A stretch of DNA of 64,000 bases from Candidatus Beckwithbacteria bacterium CG10_big_fil_rev_8_21_14_0_10_34_10 (GCA_002773945.1 PEZT01000001.1:1131-65130), one strand, 5' to 3'. Positions 46,351 through 56,800 are shown, counted from the first letter of the stretch. The notes: generated by a model not told the origin, from the sequence alone. Translations and numbers: made by a program.

Positions 46351-48693
46351 ATGGAAAAAAAACAGCTCCATATTGTTTGGTTTAATCAAATAGATCGGGA
46401 TGATATTTCTCTTGTTGGGGGTAAAGGGGCTAATTTAGGAGAAATGGTTAAAGCCAAATTTCCTATTCCCAATGGCTTTATAGTTACTGCTGAAGCTTAC
46501 TGGCATTTTATTAATTCCAATAAAATTAAAGATGAAATTGAAAAAATACTTCGACCTGTTAATGTTCATGATCCCCGGCAATTAACAAGAGTTTCTCAGG
46601 ATATTAAAAAATTAATCCTGAAAAGTCAGGTTCCCAAAGACCTTTCAATGGAAATCATTAAAAATTATGAAGAATTAAGCGGCGGAGTGGGCCGGGCCTG
46701 TTTAATTGCCGCTCGGTCCTCAGCCACAGCCGAAGATTTACCAGATGCTTCTTTTGCCGGCCAGCAAGAAACTTTTCTAAATATTAAAGGCGAAGCTAAT
46801 TTAATTAACAAGGTTCGGGCTTGTTGGGCCTCCTTATTTACTCCCCGAGCGATATTTTACCGGGAAGAAAAGAAATTTGATCATTTTAAGGTGGGGATTG
46901 CGGTGGTGGTTCAAAAAATGATTCAAGCTAAAACTTCAGGAGTAATGTTTACTATTGATCCTGTTACTAATGATAAAAGCAAAATTATTATTGAGGGCAT
47001 TTATGGTTTAGGCGAGTTAATTGTTCAAGGCTCAGTTACTCCCGATCACTATGAAGTTGACCGCCAAAGCTTTAAAATTATTAAAAAAGACATTAGAGAA
47101 CAAAAAGTCCAGTTAATAAAAAAAGATAGAGAAACAAAAAATATTAAAGTTAAAAAATACCGCCAAAAAAAACAAAAAATCAGTGATAGTAATATAAAAG
47201 AACTGGCTCAATATGGAAAGGCCTTACATCAACACTACTTTTTCCCTCAAGATATTGAGTGGGGGATTGAGAAATCAAAGATTTATATTCTCCAAACCAG
47301 ACCAGTGACCACCATTCCTAGTGATGCTAAGATAAAATTAAACCAAGAAGAGGTGAGTAAAATTGACCTCCCTTTACTTGTTAAAGGTGATCCTGCCAGT
47401 CCTGGAATTGCTGGCGGTTTTGCTAAGTTAATAAAATCTCCCAAAATGATTAGTGAACTTAAATATGGAGAAGTTCTCCTAACTAAAATGACAACCCCGG
47501 ATTTTGTGCCAGCGATGAAAAGGGCTTCAGCCATTATCACTGATAAAGGCGGCCAGACATCTCACGCGGCTATTGTTTCTCGAGAACTTGGAGTCCCTTG
47601 TATTGTAGGCACAAAAACTGGTACAAAAATAATTAAAAATGGAGAAATGGTGACTGTTAATGGCAAAACCGGAGAAGTTTTTAAAGGCGGTCTTAAAATC
47701 TTAAAGAAAAATATTCAACCAAAAACTAAAACACTTGGCTCTTACCCTTTAGCAAGTGAAGGAAATGAAAAAATGCCAGGATATTTAAGTAGTCATCTTG
47801 AAAAAATAAAAACAGCTACTAAGCTTTATGTTAATTTAGCTGAACCTGATTTAGCCGCCAAAGTAGCCCAAAAAGATGTTGATGGGGTTGGTTTACTTAG
47901 GGCAGAGTTTATGATTTCTCAAGAAATTAAACAACATCCTAAAAAATTAATTGAAGATAAAAAACAGAAATTTTTTATTGATAAATTAGCTGAAGGGCTA
48001 GAAAAATTTTGTACTGCATTTGAACCCCGGCCAGTAGTTTACAGGGCGACTGATTTTAAAACCAATGAATACCGGAATCTAATTGGCGGTAAACGCTTTG
48101 AGCCTGAGGAAGAAAATCCCTTGATTGGTTTTCGGGGCGCTTTAAGGTATGTTAATAACCGGAATGTTTTTGAAATGGAATTAAAGGCGATTAAAAAAGT
48201 AAGAGAAAAGTATAATAATTTATGGTTAATGATTCCTTTTATTAGAACGGTTAATGAATTAAAGGAAGTAAAAAAGATTGTTTCTACTAATGGTTTAATT
48301 AGATCAACTTCTTTTCAATTGTGGATGATGGCTGAAGTTCCTTCCAACGTCTTAATTTTAGAAGACTTTATTAAAGCCGGAATTGATGGAATTTCAATTG
48401 GGTCTAATGATTTAACCATGTTAGTTTTAGGAATAGATCGTGACAACGAAGAATTAGGAGATAGTTTTGATGTCCAGGACAAAGCGGTTCTAAAAGCTCT
48501 AAAAATGATAATTAAAACCAGTTTAAAGAATAAAATTAGTGTTTCAATTTGTGGTCAAGCACCTTCTCTTTACCCTTCCTTAACTCAAAAGTTGGTTGGT
48601 TGGGGAATTACCTCTGTTTCCGTTTCACCTGATATGATTGACCAGACCAGAGAAATAATTTTTGAGGCGGAAAAAAGAAGAACTAAAAAATGA
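46351..48693 (+). CDS. Phosphoenolpyruvate synthase / pyruvate,water dikinase family
   Basis: N-terminal PPDK_N ATP-grasp SLVGGKGANLGEM, phospho-His domain GGQTSHAAIVSRELGVPCIVG, and a C-terminal PEP-utilising TIM barrel. Confidence 0.8.
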   Translation: MEKKQLHIVWFNQIDRDDISLVGGKGANLGEMVKAKFPIPNGFIVTAEAYWHFINSNKIKDEIEKILRPVNVHDPRQLTRVSQDIKKLILKSQVPKDLSMEIIKNYEELSGGVGRACLIAARSSATAEDLPDASFAGQQETFLNIKGEANLINKVRACWASLFTPRAIFYREEKKFDHFKVGIAVVVQKMIQAKTSGVMFTIDPVTNDKSKIIIEGIYGLGELIVQGSVTPDHYEVDRQSFKIIKKDIREQKVQLIKKDRETKNIKVKKYRQKKQKISDSNIKELAQYGKALHQHYFFPQDIEWGIEKSKIYILQTRPVTTIPSDAKIKLNQEEVSKIDLPLLVKGDPASPGIAGGFAKLIKSPKMISELKYGEVLLTKMTTPDFVPAMKRASAIITDKGGQTSHAAIVSRELGVPCIVGTKTGTKIIKNGEMVTVNGKTGEVFKGGLKILKKNIQPKTKTLGSYPLASEGNEKMPGYLSSHLEKIKTATKLYVNLAEPDLAAKVAQKDVDGVGLLRAEFMISQEIKQHPKKLIEDKKQKFFIDKLAEGLEKFCTAFEPRPVVYRATDFKTNEYRNLIGGKRFEPEEENPLIGFRGALRYVNNRNVFEMELKAIKKVREKYNNLWLMIPFIRTVNELKEVKKIVSTNGLIRSTSFQLWMMAEVPSNVLILEDFIKAGIDGISIGSNDLTMLVLGIDRDNEELGDSFDVQDKAVLKALKMIIKTSLKNKISVSICGQAPSLYPSLTQKLVGWGITSVSVSPDMIDQTREIIFEAEKRRTKK

Positions 48694-49949
48694 AAATAAA
48701 AAAAGTTAAGGCCAGAGAAATACTTGATTCTCGAGGAAATCCGACGATTGAAACTGAAGTTTATTTGGAAGATAAAAGTGTAGGAGTGGCATCTATTGCC
48801 TCGGGCAGCTCAACGGGAAAATATGAGGCTCATGAACTAAGAGATAAAGATCCTAATCGTTTTAATGGAATGGGAGTCTTGCAAGCGGTTAAAAATGTTA
48901 ACCAGGAAATTTCCCCTAAAATAGTGGGAATGGATGCTTCTTATCAAGGAAAATTAGATCAACTATTAATTAGCCTTGATGGAACCCAAGATAAATCAAG
49001 GTTAGGAGCTAATGCGATTCTTTCTGTTTCCCAAGCAGTTTTAGAAGCTTCTGCCTCTTCTTACAAACTCCCAATTTACCGCTATATCCAGCAAAAATAT
49101 GGTATGGTTGGAAAAAAAATAATCATGCCAACCCCCAGTTTTAATTTAATTAATGGGGGAAAACATGGAGCTAATAATCTTGATTTTCAAGAGTTTCACT
49201 TAGTCCCTTCCACCAGGAAAACATATAGTCAAGCTTTAGAATGCGGGGATGAAGTATATCAAGAATTAAAAAAAGTCCTCATTTACCGAGGGGCAATTTA
49301 TAGTTTAGGAGATGAAGGCGGTTATGCCCCTCGGCTTTTTACTAATCTTGACGCTTTAGAAGTTCTAATGGAAGCGATTAAAAACACTAAACATGAGTTT
49401 GGCCGGGATGTTTTTGTAGGCTTAGATGTGGCCGCCAATAATTTTTATAAAAATGGTAAATATACTATTAGAGACAGAGCTCAACCATTCTCCGAAAAAG
49501 AAATGGTTGAATATTACCAGGCTTTAAACAATCAATATCACCTTTTTAGCCTAGAAGATGGTTTGGTTGAAGATGATTGGGAGGGCTGGGTTCAATTAAC
49601 TAAAATTTTATCCCAAAATACTTTATTAATTGGCGATGATTTACTGGCTACAAATTTACAAAGACTTAATAAAGCGATTGAAAAAAAGGCTTGTACTGGC
49701 ATTTTAATTAAACCAAATCAGGTTGGGACTATTAGTGAAACCATTAATGTTATTGATGTGGCTCATAAAGCCGATTGGAAAGTAATTGTTTCTCACCGCT
49801 CTGGAGAGACTAATGATGATTTTATTGCCGATTTTGCAGTAGGGGTTGGAGCAGATTACACTAAGTTTGGCGCTCCAGCCAGGGGAGAAAGAACCGTTAA
49901 ATATAACAGGCTTTTAAAAATTGAAGAAGAACTAAAATTACAAAAATGA
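48690..49949 (+). CDS. eno: Enolase
   Basis: EILDSRGNPTIETEV and SHRSGETNDDFIADFAVG. Confidence 0.9.
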   Translation: MKIKKVKAREILDSRGNPTIETEVYLEDKSVGVASIASGSSTGKYEAHELRDKDPNRFNGMGVLQAVKNVNQEISPKIVGMDASYQGKLDQLLISLDGTQDKSRLGANAILSVSQAVLEASASSYKLPIYRYIQQKYGMVGKKIIMPTPSFNLINGGKHGANNLDFQEFHLVPSTRKTYSQALECGDEVYQELKKVLIYRGAIYSLGDEGGYAPRLFTNLDALEVLMEAIKNTKHEFGRDVFVGLDVAANNFYKNGKYTIRDRAQPFSEKEMVEYYQALNNQYHLFSLEDGLVEDDWEGWVQLTKILSQNTLLIGDDLLATNLQRLNKAIEKKACTGILIKPNQVGTISETINVIDVAHKADWKVIVSHRSGETNDDFIADFAVGVGADYTKFGAPARGERTVKYNRLLKIEEELKLQK

Positions 49950-49995
49950 TAGTTTGCTTCTTTAAAGAATCTAAAAAAATTGATAAAATCTTTTT

Positions 49996-50940
49996 ATGAT
50001 GACTAAATCCAATTCTTCTAGGATTTTAGTAGCTGGTAATTCAGTGGTTGATTTAATCTTTCGAGGCGAAACATTTTCTAAAAGACGGGAAAAGGATAGG
50101 CTTTGTTTGGCTTTTGGGGGAAAATATGTACCAGAAGAGTTTTTTGAGTGTTATGGCGGCGGTGGAGCTAATGCGGCTATTTCTTTAGCCAGACAAGGTT
50201 TTGATGTCTCTTTATGGACCCATCTTGGCAATGACTCTTTTGGAAGAACTATTAGTCGAAATTTAAGAAAAGAAAAAGTTAAAACTAAATTAGTTCGCTT
50301 TAAAGCTAAAAGCACCCCAATTTCTAGCATTCTTTTAACCCCTCAAGGAGAAAGAACCATTATTACTTTTAGATCTGACGCTGACCTAATCACTTTAAAC
50401 AACGGCGTTAGAAGAGCCATGAATAAAAGAAACTGGTTAGCCCTTTTTTCTTTAGCTAAATTGCCTAAAAAAAATAAGCTTGAATATATAAATTTAGCTA
50501 AAAAAAATGGGATGAAAATCTTTTTATCTTTACATGGAACAGAATATCTTAAAGGCCATGACTATTTAAAGGAGTACTTTAGCTTAGCTGATTTAATCCA
50601 TATTAATGCTCATGAACTGGCTGATATTTTTGGTGGTAATGCCCCTGACTTTAATTTTAGAAAAACAAATTTTGCCAAGAAGTTAAATATCCCCTTATTA
50701 GTCGTTAGCTATGATATTAAAGGTAGTTTTGCCTATACTAAAGACAAGATCTACTATCAGCCAATTGTTAAAGCTAACAAGATAGTTGATACTACTGGAG
50801 CAGGTGACGCTTTTGCTTCTGGATTTTTAGGAAGTTTAATTAAAGACGATTCAATTGAAAAAGCTCTTCATTTTGGGTCCCAAAATGCCAGTTCCTTAAT
50901 TCAACACCTAGGGGCTCAAAATGGACTCTTAAAACTATGA
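49996..50940 (+). CDS. PfkB-family carbohydrate kinase
   Basis: ILVAGNSVVDL and the C-terminal DTTGAGDAFASGFL. Confidence 0.75.
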   Translation: MMTKSNSSRILVAGNSVVDLIFRGETFSKRREKDRLCLAFGGKYVPEEFFECYGGGGANAAISLARQGFDVSLWTHLGNDSFGRTISRNLRKEKVKTKLVRFKAKSTPISSILLTPQGERTIITFRSDADLITLNNGVRRAMNKRNWLALFSLAKLPKKNKLEYINLAKKNGMKIFLSLHGTEYLKGHDYLKEYFSLADLIHINAHELADIFGGNAPDFNFRKTNFAKKLNIPLLVVSYDIKGSFAYTKDKIYYQPIVKANKIVDTTGAGDAFASGFLGSLIKDDSIEKALHFGSQNASSLIQHLGAQNGLLKL

Positions 50941-52703
50941 AAGTTAACATCATTAAAAAAAAGTTTAATCCAAAGGCTAATTTAAAAGACTATGAGAAAG
51001 AATATAAAGATTTTGATATAAATCTTTTCAAAGCAGAAATTAAATGTTTTCCTGATGGGAAAACAAATGCTGCTTACCTTGCCACTGACATTCACTTAAA
51101 AGGACCAAATAAAAATAAGATTGCTTTGTATTGGGAAGGGGAAAACGGTCAAGAATTAAAATATAGTTTTTTGGAATTATCTGAAGCTTCCAGCAAGACC
51201 GGTAATCTTTTAAAAAACATTGGAGTGGAAAAAGGAGATAGGGTATTTATTTTTCTTCCCCGGATTCCAGAGCTCTTTATTTCTTTCTTGGGGATCTTAA
51301 AAATAGGCGCCATTGCCGGCACCCTTTTTGCCGCTTTTGGACCTCAAGCTTTAGAAGACCGGTTAAAAAACTCTGGGGCTAAAGTTTTAATTACCCACCC
51401 AGATTTTTATTCCCGAGTCAAAAAAATTCTTCCTCAACTAAAGAATTTAGAAAAGATTATTTTAATTGATGAAAAAAACCGGGTTAATTTTTTAGAAGAA
51501 AAAAATCTAGAAAAAAGCCCTAAAATAGATAACTGCCAGTTCTATTACAGCTTAATGGAAAAAGCTTCCTCTAAACTAAAAGTCAGCCATATGAATCTAA
51601 CTGACCCGGCTTTCATGCTCTATACTTCCGGTACTACCGGTAAACCTAAAGGAGTGGTTCACCACCACCAAGCTATTCTTCATGAAAAAATATCGGCTAA
51701 ATATGTTTTAGATATTAAGGATAATGATGTTTATTGGTGTACGGCTGACCCAGGCTGGGTAACCGGGATTGCCTATGAAATTTTAGGTACCTGGGCTTTA
51801 GGAGCCTCAACTTTAGTTTACCAAGGCCGGTTTAATCCAGAAAAGTGGTATTCGTTAATTGAGGAATATAAGGTCAATGTTTGGTATACAGCTCCAACAG
51901 CCATAAGAATGCTAGCCGCCTCAGGTTTAGACTTAGTAAAAAAGTTTGATTTAACCTCTTTAAGACATTTAGCCAGCGTAGGTGAGCCCTTAAACCCAGA
52001 ATCTGTTCTCTGGGGAATAAAAGCTTTTAATCTGCCCTTCCATGATAATTACTGGCAAACAGAAACCGGGGGAATTGTGATTGCCAATTACCCCAATCTT
52101 GATATTAAAGCTGGCTCCATGGGTAAACCCATGCTGGGAATTAAAGCTGCTATTGTTGATAAAAAAGGTAAAAAACTTAAACCAAATAAAGAAGGGGCTT
52201 TAGTTTTAAAACCTGGCTGGTCATCAATGATGAAAAAGATTTGGAGAAGACCGGAAAAGTATCAAAGCTACTTTAAAAACAATTGGTATATCACCGGGGA
52301 CAGAGCCTACAAAGATAAAGATAACTACTTTTGGTTTGTCGGTAGAGCTGATGATGTCATTAAAACTGCCGGAGAAAGAGTCGGCCCTTTTGAAGTCGAA
52401 TCAGCTCTAGTATCCCATCCTAAGATTATTGAAGCCGGAGTAATTGGCAAACCAGATAAAATGAGAGGAGAAATAATTAAAGCCTTTGTCACCCTTAAAA
52501 AAGGAGTTAAACCAACAAAAACACTTGTAGAAGACATTAAAAACTATGTTAAAAAGCATCTAGCCGGTCATGCCTACCCCAGAGAAATTGAGTTTAGAGA
52601 TAAACTACCTAAAACTAGGTCAGGTAAAATAGTCAGAAGACTTTTAAAAGCTCAAGAACTAGGCCTACCAATTGGAGATACTTCAACCCTAGAAGACTAC
52701 TAA
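50937..52703 (+). CDS. AMP-forming acetyl/acyl-CoA synthetase
   Basis: YTSGTTGKPKGV, YWCTADPGWVTG and the C-terminal PKTRSGKIVRR. Confidence 0.8.
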   Translation: MKVNIIKKKFNPKANLKDYEKEYKDFDINLFKAEIKCFPDGKTNAAYLATDIHLKGPNKNKIALYWEGENGQELKYSFLELSEASSKTGNLLKNIGVEKGDRVFIFLPRIPELFISFLGILKIGAIAGTLFAAFGPQALEDRLKNSGAKVLITHPDFYSRVKKILPQLKNLEKIILIDEKNRVNFLEEKNLEKSPKIDNCQFYYSLMEKASSKLKVSHMNLTDPAFMLYTSGTTGKPKGVVHHHQAILHEKISAKYVLDIKDNDVYWCTADPGWVTGIAYEILGTWALGASTLVYQGRFNPEKWYSLIEEYKVNVWYTAPTAIRMLAASGLDLVKKFDLTSLRHLASVGEPLNPESVLWGIKAFNLPFHDNYWQTETGGIVIANYPNLDIKAGSMGKPMLGIKAAIVDKKGKKLKPNKEGALVLKPGWSSMMKKIWRRPEKYQSYFKNNWYITGDRAYKDKDNYFWFVGRADDVIKTAGERVGPFEVESALVSHPKIIEAGVIGKPDKMRGEIIKAFVTLKKGVKPTKTLVEDIKNYVKKHLAGHAYPREIEFRDKLPKTRSGKIVRRLLKAQELGLPIGDTSTLEDY

Positions 52704-52794
52704 TAAATATATTATTAAAATAAAAAGGAAAGCAATAATCAACTTTCATGCTATATCATTTCGGGCATACACTAATTATAAGCTATAATAAAAA

Positions 52795-53120
52795 AAGGGG
52801 TGAAAGAAAAATAAGTCAAGAGGGAAAGGAGTGGAGAGAGTATACCTTAACGAAGACTCCAAGCCAGCACGAATGGCTAGAAGAAATATCCGACGGAAGG
52901 GATGTATCCGAGCAGAAAAACACAAGCCAGCCTGACGAGAATAGTTCATTTGATTGGAATAATTATGGTACGGTAAGTAGTAAGCCAACCAAATGGAACA
53001 ACTAAGCCTATCTGATGTTAGTTTATTGCAGCGTATAACGCGGAATATGCGGTTCACTTCATTACGTTTGTTCGCCCAAATTCTTCACTTCGCTTTGTGG
53101 TTAGAGTAAAATATTACCCA
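52795..53120 (+). ncRNA. Candidate RNase P RNA (rnpB); boundaries approximate
   Basis: GC-rich non-coding interval. GGTACGGTAAGTAG...AAGCCAACCAAATGG resembles the conserved core of bacterial RNase P RNA (my recollection: ACGGUAAAC...CAAGGCCAAAUAGG). A 9-nt long-range complement, AAGTCAAGA (52813-52821) with TCTTCACTT (53082-53090), looks P4-like. A TATAAT hexamer sits at 52784-52789. Confidence 0.4.
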
Positions 53121-53265
53121 AGGCTCATTTAATAACATTGCATATAATGATACATTAAGTAACGAATTAGTATTCGCTAAAACAAGATATTTTTTTTCTC
53201 AACTTTTAATCCAAACAATTTGGTAAACAACTAAGTTTATGTTAAAATATTTGAGGTTTAATAAT

Positions 53266-53523
53266 ATGAGAGAATATAAAAAAGATTACCAAAGAGATAA
53301 TAGAAGAAAAAATGTAGTTTTAGACTGCTTTTTTTGCAAGAAGAAAGTTGAGCCTGAGTGGGAAAAACCAGATCTTCTAAAAAAATATCTTTATGATACT
53401 GGCAAAATTAGTTCTAGAAAAACTAATGGTAACTGCTCTAAACACCAACGTCATGTAGCCAAAGCAATTAAAAGAGCTCGTCATTTAGGTCTTCTTCCCT
53501 ACACTCAAAAGGTTTTATCATAA
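53266..53523 (+). CDS. rpsR: 30S ribosomal protein S18
   Basis: CFFCKKK...GKISSRKTNGNCSKHQRHVAKAIKRARHLGLLPY. Shine-Dalgarno GAGG precedes the ATG at 53266. The annotated 53239 start adds 9 residues. Confidence 0.8.
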   Translation: MREYKKDYQRDNRRKNVVLDCFFCKKKVEPEWEKPDLLKKYLYDTGKISSRKTNGNCSKHQRHVAKAIKRARHLGLLPYTQKVLS

Positions 53524-53567
53524 AGCGATTGACACTTAGTAACAGTTTTCATACAATTAAAAAGTAG

Positions 53568-55268
53568 ATGAAAAACTCTATTAACATTAAAATTGGTGGT
53601 CATGCTGGAGAAGGAATTAAAGTTTCTGGCCTTATTCTTACAAGGTCTTTAACCCGCTTAGGCTATTCTACCTTTTCCTACAGTGAGTATCCTTCTTTAA
53701 TTAGAGGTGGCCATAATACTTATCAAATTCAAGTAGGATTACATAAAGTTCAGGCATGTTTAAGGAAACTTGATATTTTAATTGCCTTAAACCAGGAAAC
53801 TATTAAACTTCACCAGGATGAGTTAAAAAAGACTTCCTTAGTTATTTATGATCCGGGTGAATTTAAACTTCCCTTAGGTGAGCTTAAAGGTAAGTATTTA
53901 GCCATTCCCTTACTTAAAATTACAAATAAAGCCGGCGGAAAACCGATTATGGCCAACATGGCTTCTTTAGCTTCTGTTTTAACTTTACTTGGAATTGAAT
54001 TAAATACTTTTAAAGATATTATTAGGAAGGAATTTTCCAAAAAAGGTGAAGATTTAGTTAAGGCTAATATTGAAGTTGGTGAAGCCGGTAAAAACTATGT
54101 CTTAAAAAACTACTTTCAAGAAAAATTAGTTTTAGAAAAACCTAAAACTAATTTAAAAAGAATGGTTTTAACTGGAAATGAAGCCATTGCTTTGGGCGCT
54201 TTAGCCGGCGGCTTACAGTTTTATTCTGCTTATCCTATGACTCCGGCAACTTCAATCCTTCACTATTTAGCCAGTATAGAAAATCAGACTAATATTGTAG
54301 TTAAACAGACTGAAGATGAAATCTCGGCTATTAATATGGCTTTAGGAGCTTCTTTTGCTGGAGTTTTATCAATGACCGCTACTTCTGGCGGAGGATTATG
54401 TTTAATGGCCGAAGGAATTTCCATGGCCGGAGTGGCAGAAATACCTTTAGTAATTGTTAATTCTATGAGGCCTGGTCCAGCTTTGGGAATGCCTACTTGG
54501 ACTAGTCAGGGAGATTTACAATTTGTCCTTCATATTGGCCATGATGAATTTCCTCGAATTATTTTTACTCCAGGAGATGCTAAAGAAGCGTTTGAATTAA
54601 CTAAATTAAGTTTTGAGTTAGCCGAAAAGTATCAACTCCCAGTTTTTATCTTAGTTGATAAATATTTATCTGAAAGTGACTTTTCAACTCAGTTATTTAA
54701 AAAAGACCATCCAGCTAAAAGGTTTTCTATGGCTGACAATTTAGGCCCTAAGGACGAATTTTATAAGCGTTACAAGTTGACTGAGAATGGAGTTTCCAAA
54801 AGGTCTATTCCCGGCCAAAAGGGAGGAATTCACTGCTGTAACAGCTATGAACATGATGAAAATGGTTTAGGAACGGAAGAAGGAGAAATGAGAATTAAAA
54901 TGATGGATAAAAGAATGAAAAAAATGAAGCTTTTAGAAAAAGAAATTAAAGGAGTAAGTTTATTTGGTCCTAAAAAAGCCAAGCTTAGTCTAATTTCCTG
55001 GGGATCAAACAAAGGCGTAATTTTAGAAGCCTTAAAAGAACTTAAAAATGTAAACTTTCTTCATTTATCTTGTGTCTGGCCTTTTCCTAAAAAAGAAGTC
55101 GAAGAATTTATTAAAACTAGTGAGAAATGTTATTCTATCGAAGGAAATGCCACCGGCCAGTTAACTAGTTTAATTAAACAGGAAACTGGTTTAACCCTAC
55201 AGAGTGTTTTAAAGTATGATGGCCGACCTTTTTGGGTGGAGGAAATAATCAAAAAGTTTACTAATTAA
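53568..55268 (+). CDS. 2-oxoacid:ferredoxin oxidoreductase, fused gamma-alpha subunit
   Basis: N-terminal POR-gamma-like IKIGGHAGEGIKVSG. The alpha domain carries LQFYSAYPMTPAT. Confidence 0.8.
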   Translation: MKNSINIKIGGHAGEGIKVSGLILTRSLTRLGYSTFSYSEYPSLIRGGHNTYQIQVGLHKVQACLRKLDILIALNQETIKLHQDELKKTSLVIYDPGEFKLPLGELKGKYLAIPLLKITNKAGGKPIMANMASLASVLTLLGIELNTFKDIIRKEFSKKGEDLVKANIEVGEAGKNYVLKNYFQEKLVLEKPKTNLKRMVLTGNEAIALGALAGGLQFYSAYPMTPATSILHYLASIENQTNIVVKQTEDEISAINMALGASFAGVLSMTATSGGGLCLMAEGISMAGVAEIPLVIVNSMRPGPALGMPTWTSQGDLQFVLHIGHDEFPRIIFTPGDAKEAFELTKLSFELAEKYQLPVFILVDKYLSESDFSTQLFKKDHPAKRFSMADNLGPKDEFYKRYKLTENGVSKRSIPGQKGGIHCCNSYEHDENGLGTEEGEMRIKMMDKRMKKMKLLEKEIKGVSLFGPKKAKLSLISWGSNKGVILEALKELKNVNFLHLSCVWPFPKKEVEEFIKTSEKCYSIEGNATGQLTSLIKQETGLTLQSVLKYDGRPFWVEEIIKKFTN

Positions 55269-55301
55269 AATAAAATTCTAAACTTAAAATAATAAAATAA
55301 A

Positions 55302-56147
55302 ATGGAAAACTCTAATAAATATTTAAGTCATATTAAACCCACCTGGTGTCCTGGATGTGGTAATTTTGGAATTTTTACTTCTTTAAAAAATGCTTTTAAA
55401 AAGTTAGATTTGGATCCTAGCGAATTGGCAGTGGTGACTGATGTTGGCTGTTCTGGTAATACAGCTGATTTTCTTAAAACCTATGTCTTTCATGCTTTAC
55501 ATGGCCGGGCTTTACCACCGGCAGCAGGAATTAAGCTTGCTAATCACAAATTAAAAGTAGTGGCCATTATTGGTGATGGCGGCTGTTATGGTGAAGGCTT
55601 AGGCCACTATATTAATCTTATGAGAGGAAATCACGATATTACTGTTTTAGTTCATGATAACTCTCTATATAGTTTAACGACTGGTCAAACATCACCCACC
55701 ACCCCCAAAGGAATAAAAACTAAATCTTCTCCCAATGGGGTAATTGAAGAACCATTGAATCCTTTAGCTTTAGCTTTAGCTAACAGCGCCAGTTTTTGTG
55801 CCCGCACTTATGCCCTAGATATTAAAGATCAGACTAATACTATTATTAAAGCAATTAGTCATTCAGGCTTTAGCTTGATAGATATTCTTCAACCCTGTAT
55901 TACTTTTAATAAAACTCAAACAATTAAATGGTATCAAGAAAGAGTTTATAAATTAAAAAATAGATTTAAAAACAAGGAAGAGGCTTTCAAAGAAACTCTC
56001 CGAACTGATAAACTGGGAACCGGTATTTTTTGGCAGGAAAAAAGACCAGCTTATCACCAAGAATGCCAAACCTTGAAAAATGAGGCCTTAGTGGCTAAAA
56101 ATATTAAGAATATAAATTTAGGGGAACTAATTGATAAGTTAGTTTAA
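55302..56147 (+). CDS. 2-oxoacid:ferredoxin oxidoreductase beta (TPP-binding) subunit
   Basis: WCPGCGNFGI and the TPP motif IGDGGCYGEG...VLVHDNSLY. Confidence 0.85.
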   Translation: MENSNKYLSHIKPTWCPGCGNFGIFTSLKNAFKKLDLDPSELAVVTDVGCSGNTADFLKTYVFHALHGRALPPAAGIKLANHKLKVVAIIGDGGCYGEGLGHYINLMRGNHDITVLVHDNSLYSLTTGQTSPTTPKGIKTKSSPNGVIEEPLNPLALALANSASFCARTYALDIKDQTNTIIKAISHSGFSLIDILQPCITFNKTQTIKWYQERVYKLKNRFKNKEEAFKETLRTDKLGTGIFWQEKRPAYHQECQTLKNEALVAKNIKNINLGELIDKLV

Positions 56148-56152
56148 ATTAA

Positions 56153-56794
56153 ATGATTGAATCTATTATTCAGCCTCTGGCTGATTTTGTTATTTTTTTG
56201 GTAAATAAACTAAGTTATGGAGGGGTGGTTTTAGCAATGGCCATTGAATCCTGCTGTATTCCTTTACCCTCAGAAATTATTATGCCTTTTGCTGGCTTTA
56301 TGGTCTCCAAGGGCGTTTTTAATTTTTGGTTAGTTGCTTTAGCTGGTGGTCTTGGCTGTTTGATAGGCTCTATGCTGGCTTATGCAATTGGCTATTTTGG
56401 CGGAGAAACTTTAGTCAGGAACATTATTAAAAAATATGGCAAATATGTTTTAGTTTTTGAGTATGAATTGGATGAAGCTGAAGTTTGGTTTAGAAAACAT
56501 GGAGAAATGATTGCCTTTTCTTCTCGGCTTTTACCAGTTGTTAGAACTTTTATTTCCTTACCAGCCGGAATTTCAAAAATGAATTTTAAAAAATTCTGCT
56601 TTTATACTTTAACAGGTTCAATTATCTGGTCTGCTGTCTTGGGTTATATTGGTAAAGTTTTGGGCGAAAACTGGAATTCTCTAGGAACATATTTTCACAA
56701 GTTTGATTTAGCTATTGTTTTAAGCTTTTTTGGACTTGGAGTCTTTTACGTTGACCACAAGCTTAAAAAGCACAAAAAAAGAAAGAGTCAGTAG
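56153..56794 (+). CDS. DedA/VTT-family membrane protein
   Basis: YGGVVLAMAIESCCIPLPSEIIMPFAGF. Confidence 0.75.
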   Translation: MIESIIQPLADFVIFLVNKLSYGGVVLAMAIESCCIPLPSEIIMPFAGFMVSKGVFNFWLVALAGGLGCLIGSMLAYAIGYFGGETLVRNIIKKYGKYVLVFEYELDEAEVWFRKHGEMIAFSSRLLPVVRTFISLPAGISKMNFKKFCFYTLTGSIIWSAVLGYIGKVLGENWNSLGTYFHKFDLAIVLSFFGLGVFYVDHKLKKHKKRKSQ

Positions 56795-56800
56795 TCTTTT

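Noticed and set aside
52748-53057. Two overlapping ORFs (plus strand 52748-53005, minus strand 52776-53057) in the acs-rpsR gap
   Set aside because: They are mutually overlapping on opposite strands with unusual composition. The interval is better explained as a structured RNA (see the rnpB candidate).
52740-53235. tmRNA as an alternative identity for the structured interval
   Set aside because: The 5' end starts with GGGG as a tmRNA would. However there is no UUCGAC-containing tRNA-like 5' arm and no 3' GGTTCGA T-arm followed by CCA. No plausible tag ORF ending in ...AA was found. The internal GGTAAG and CCAAAT motifs fit RNase P better.
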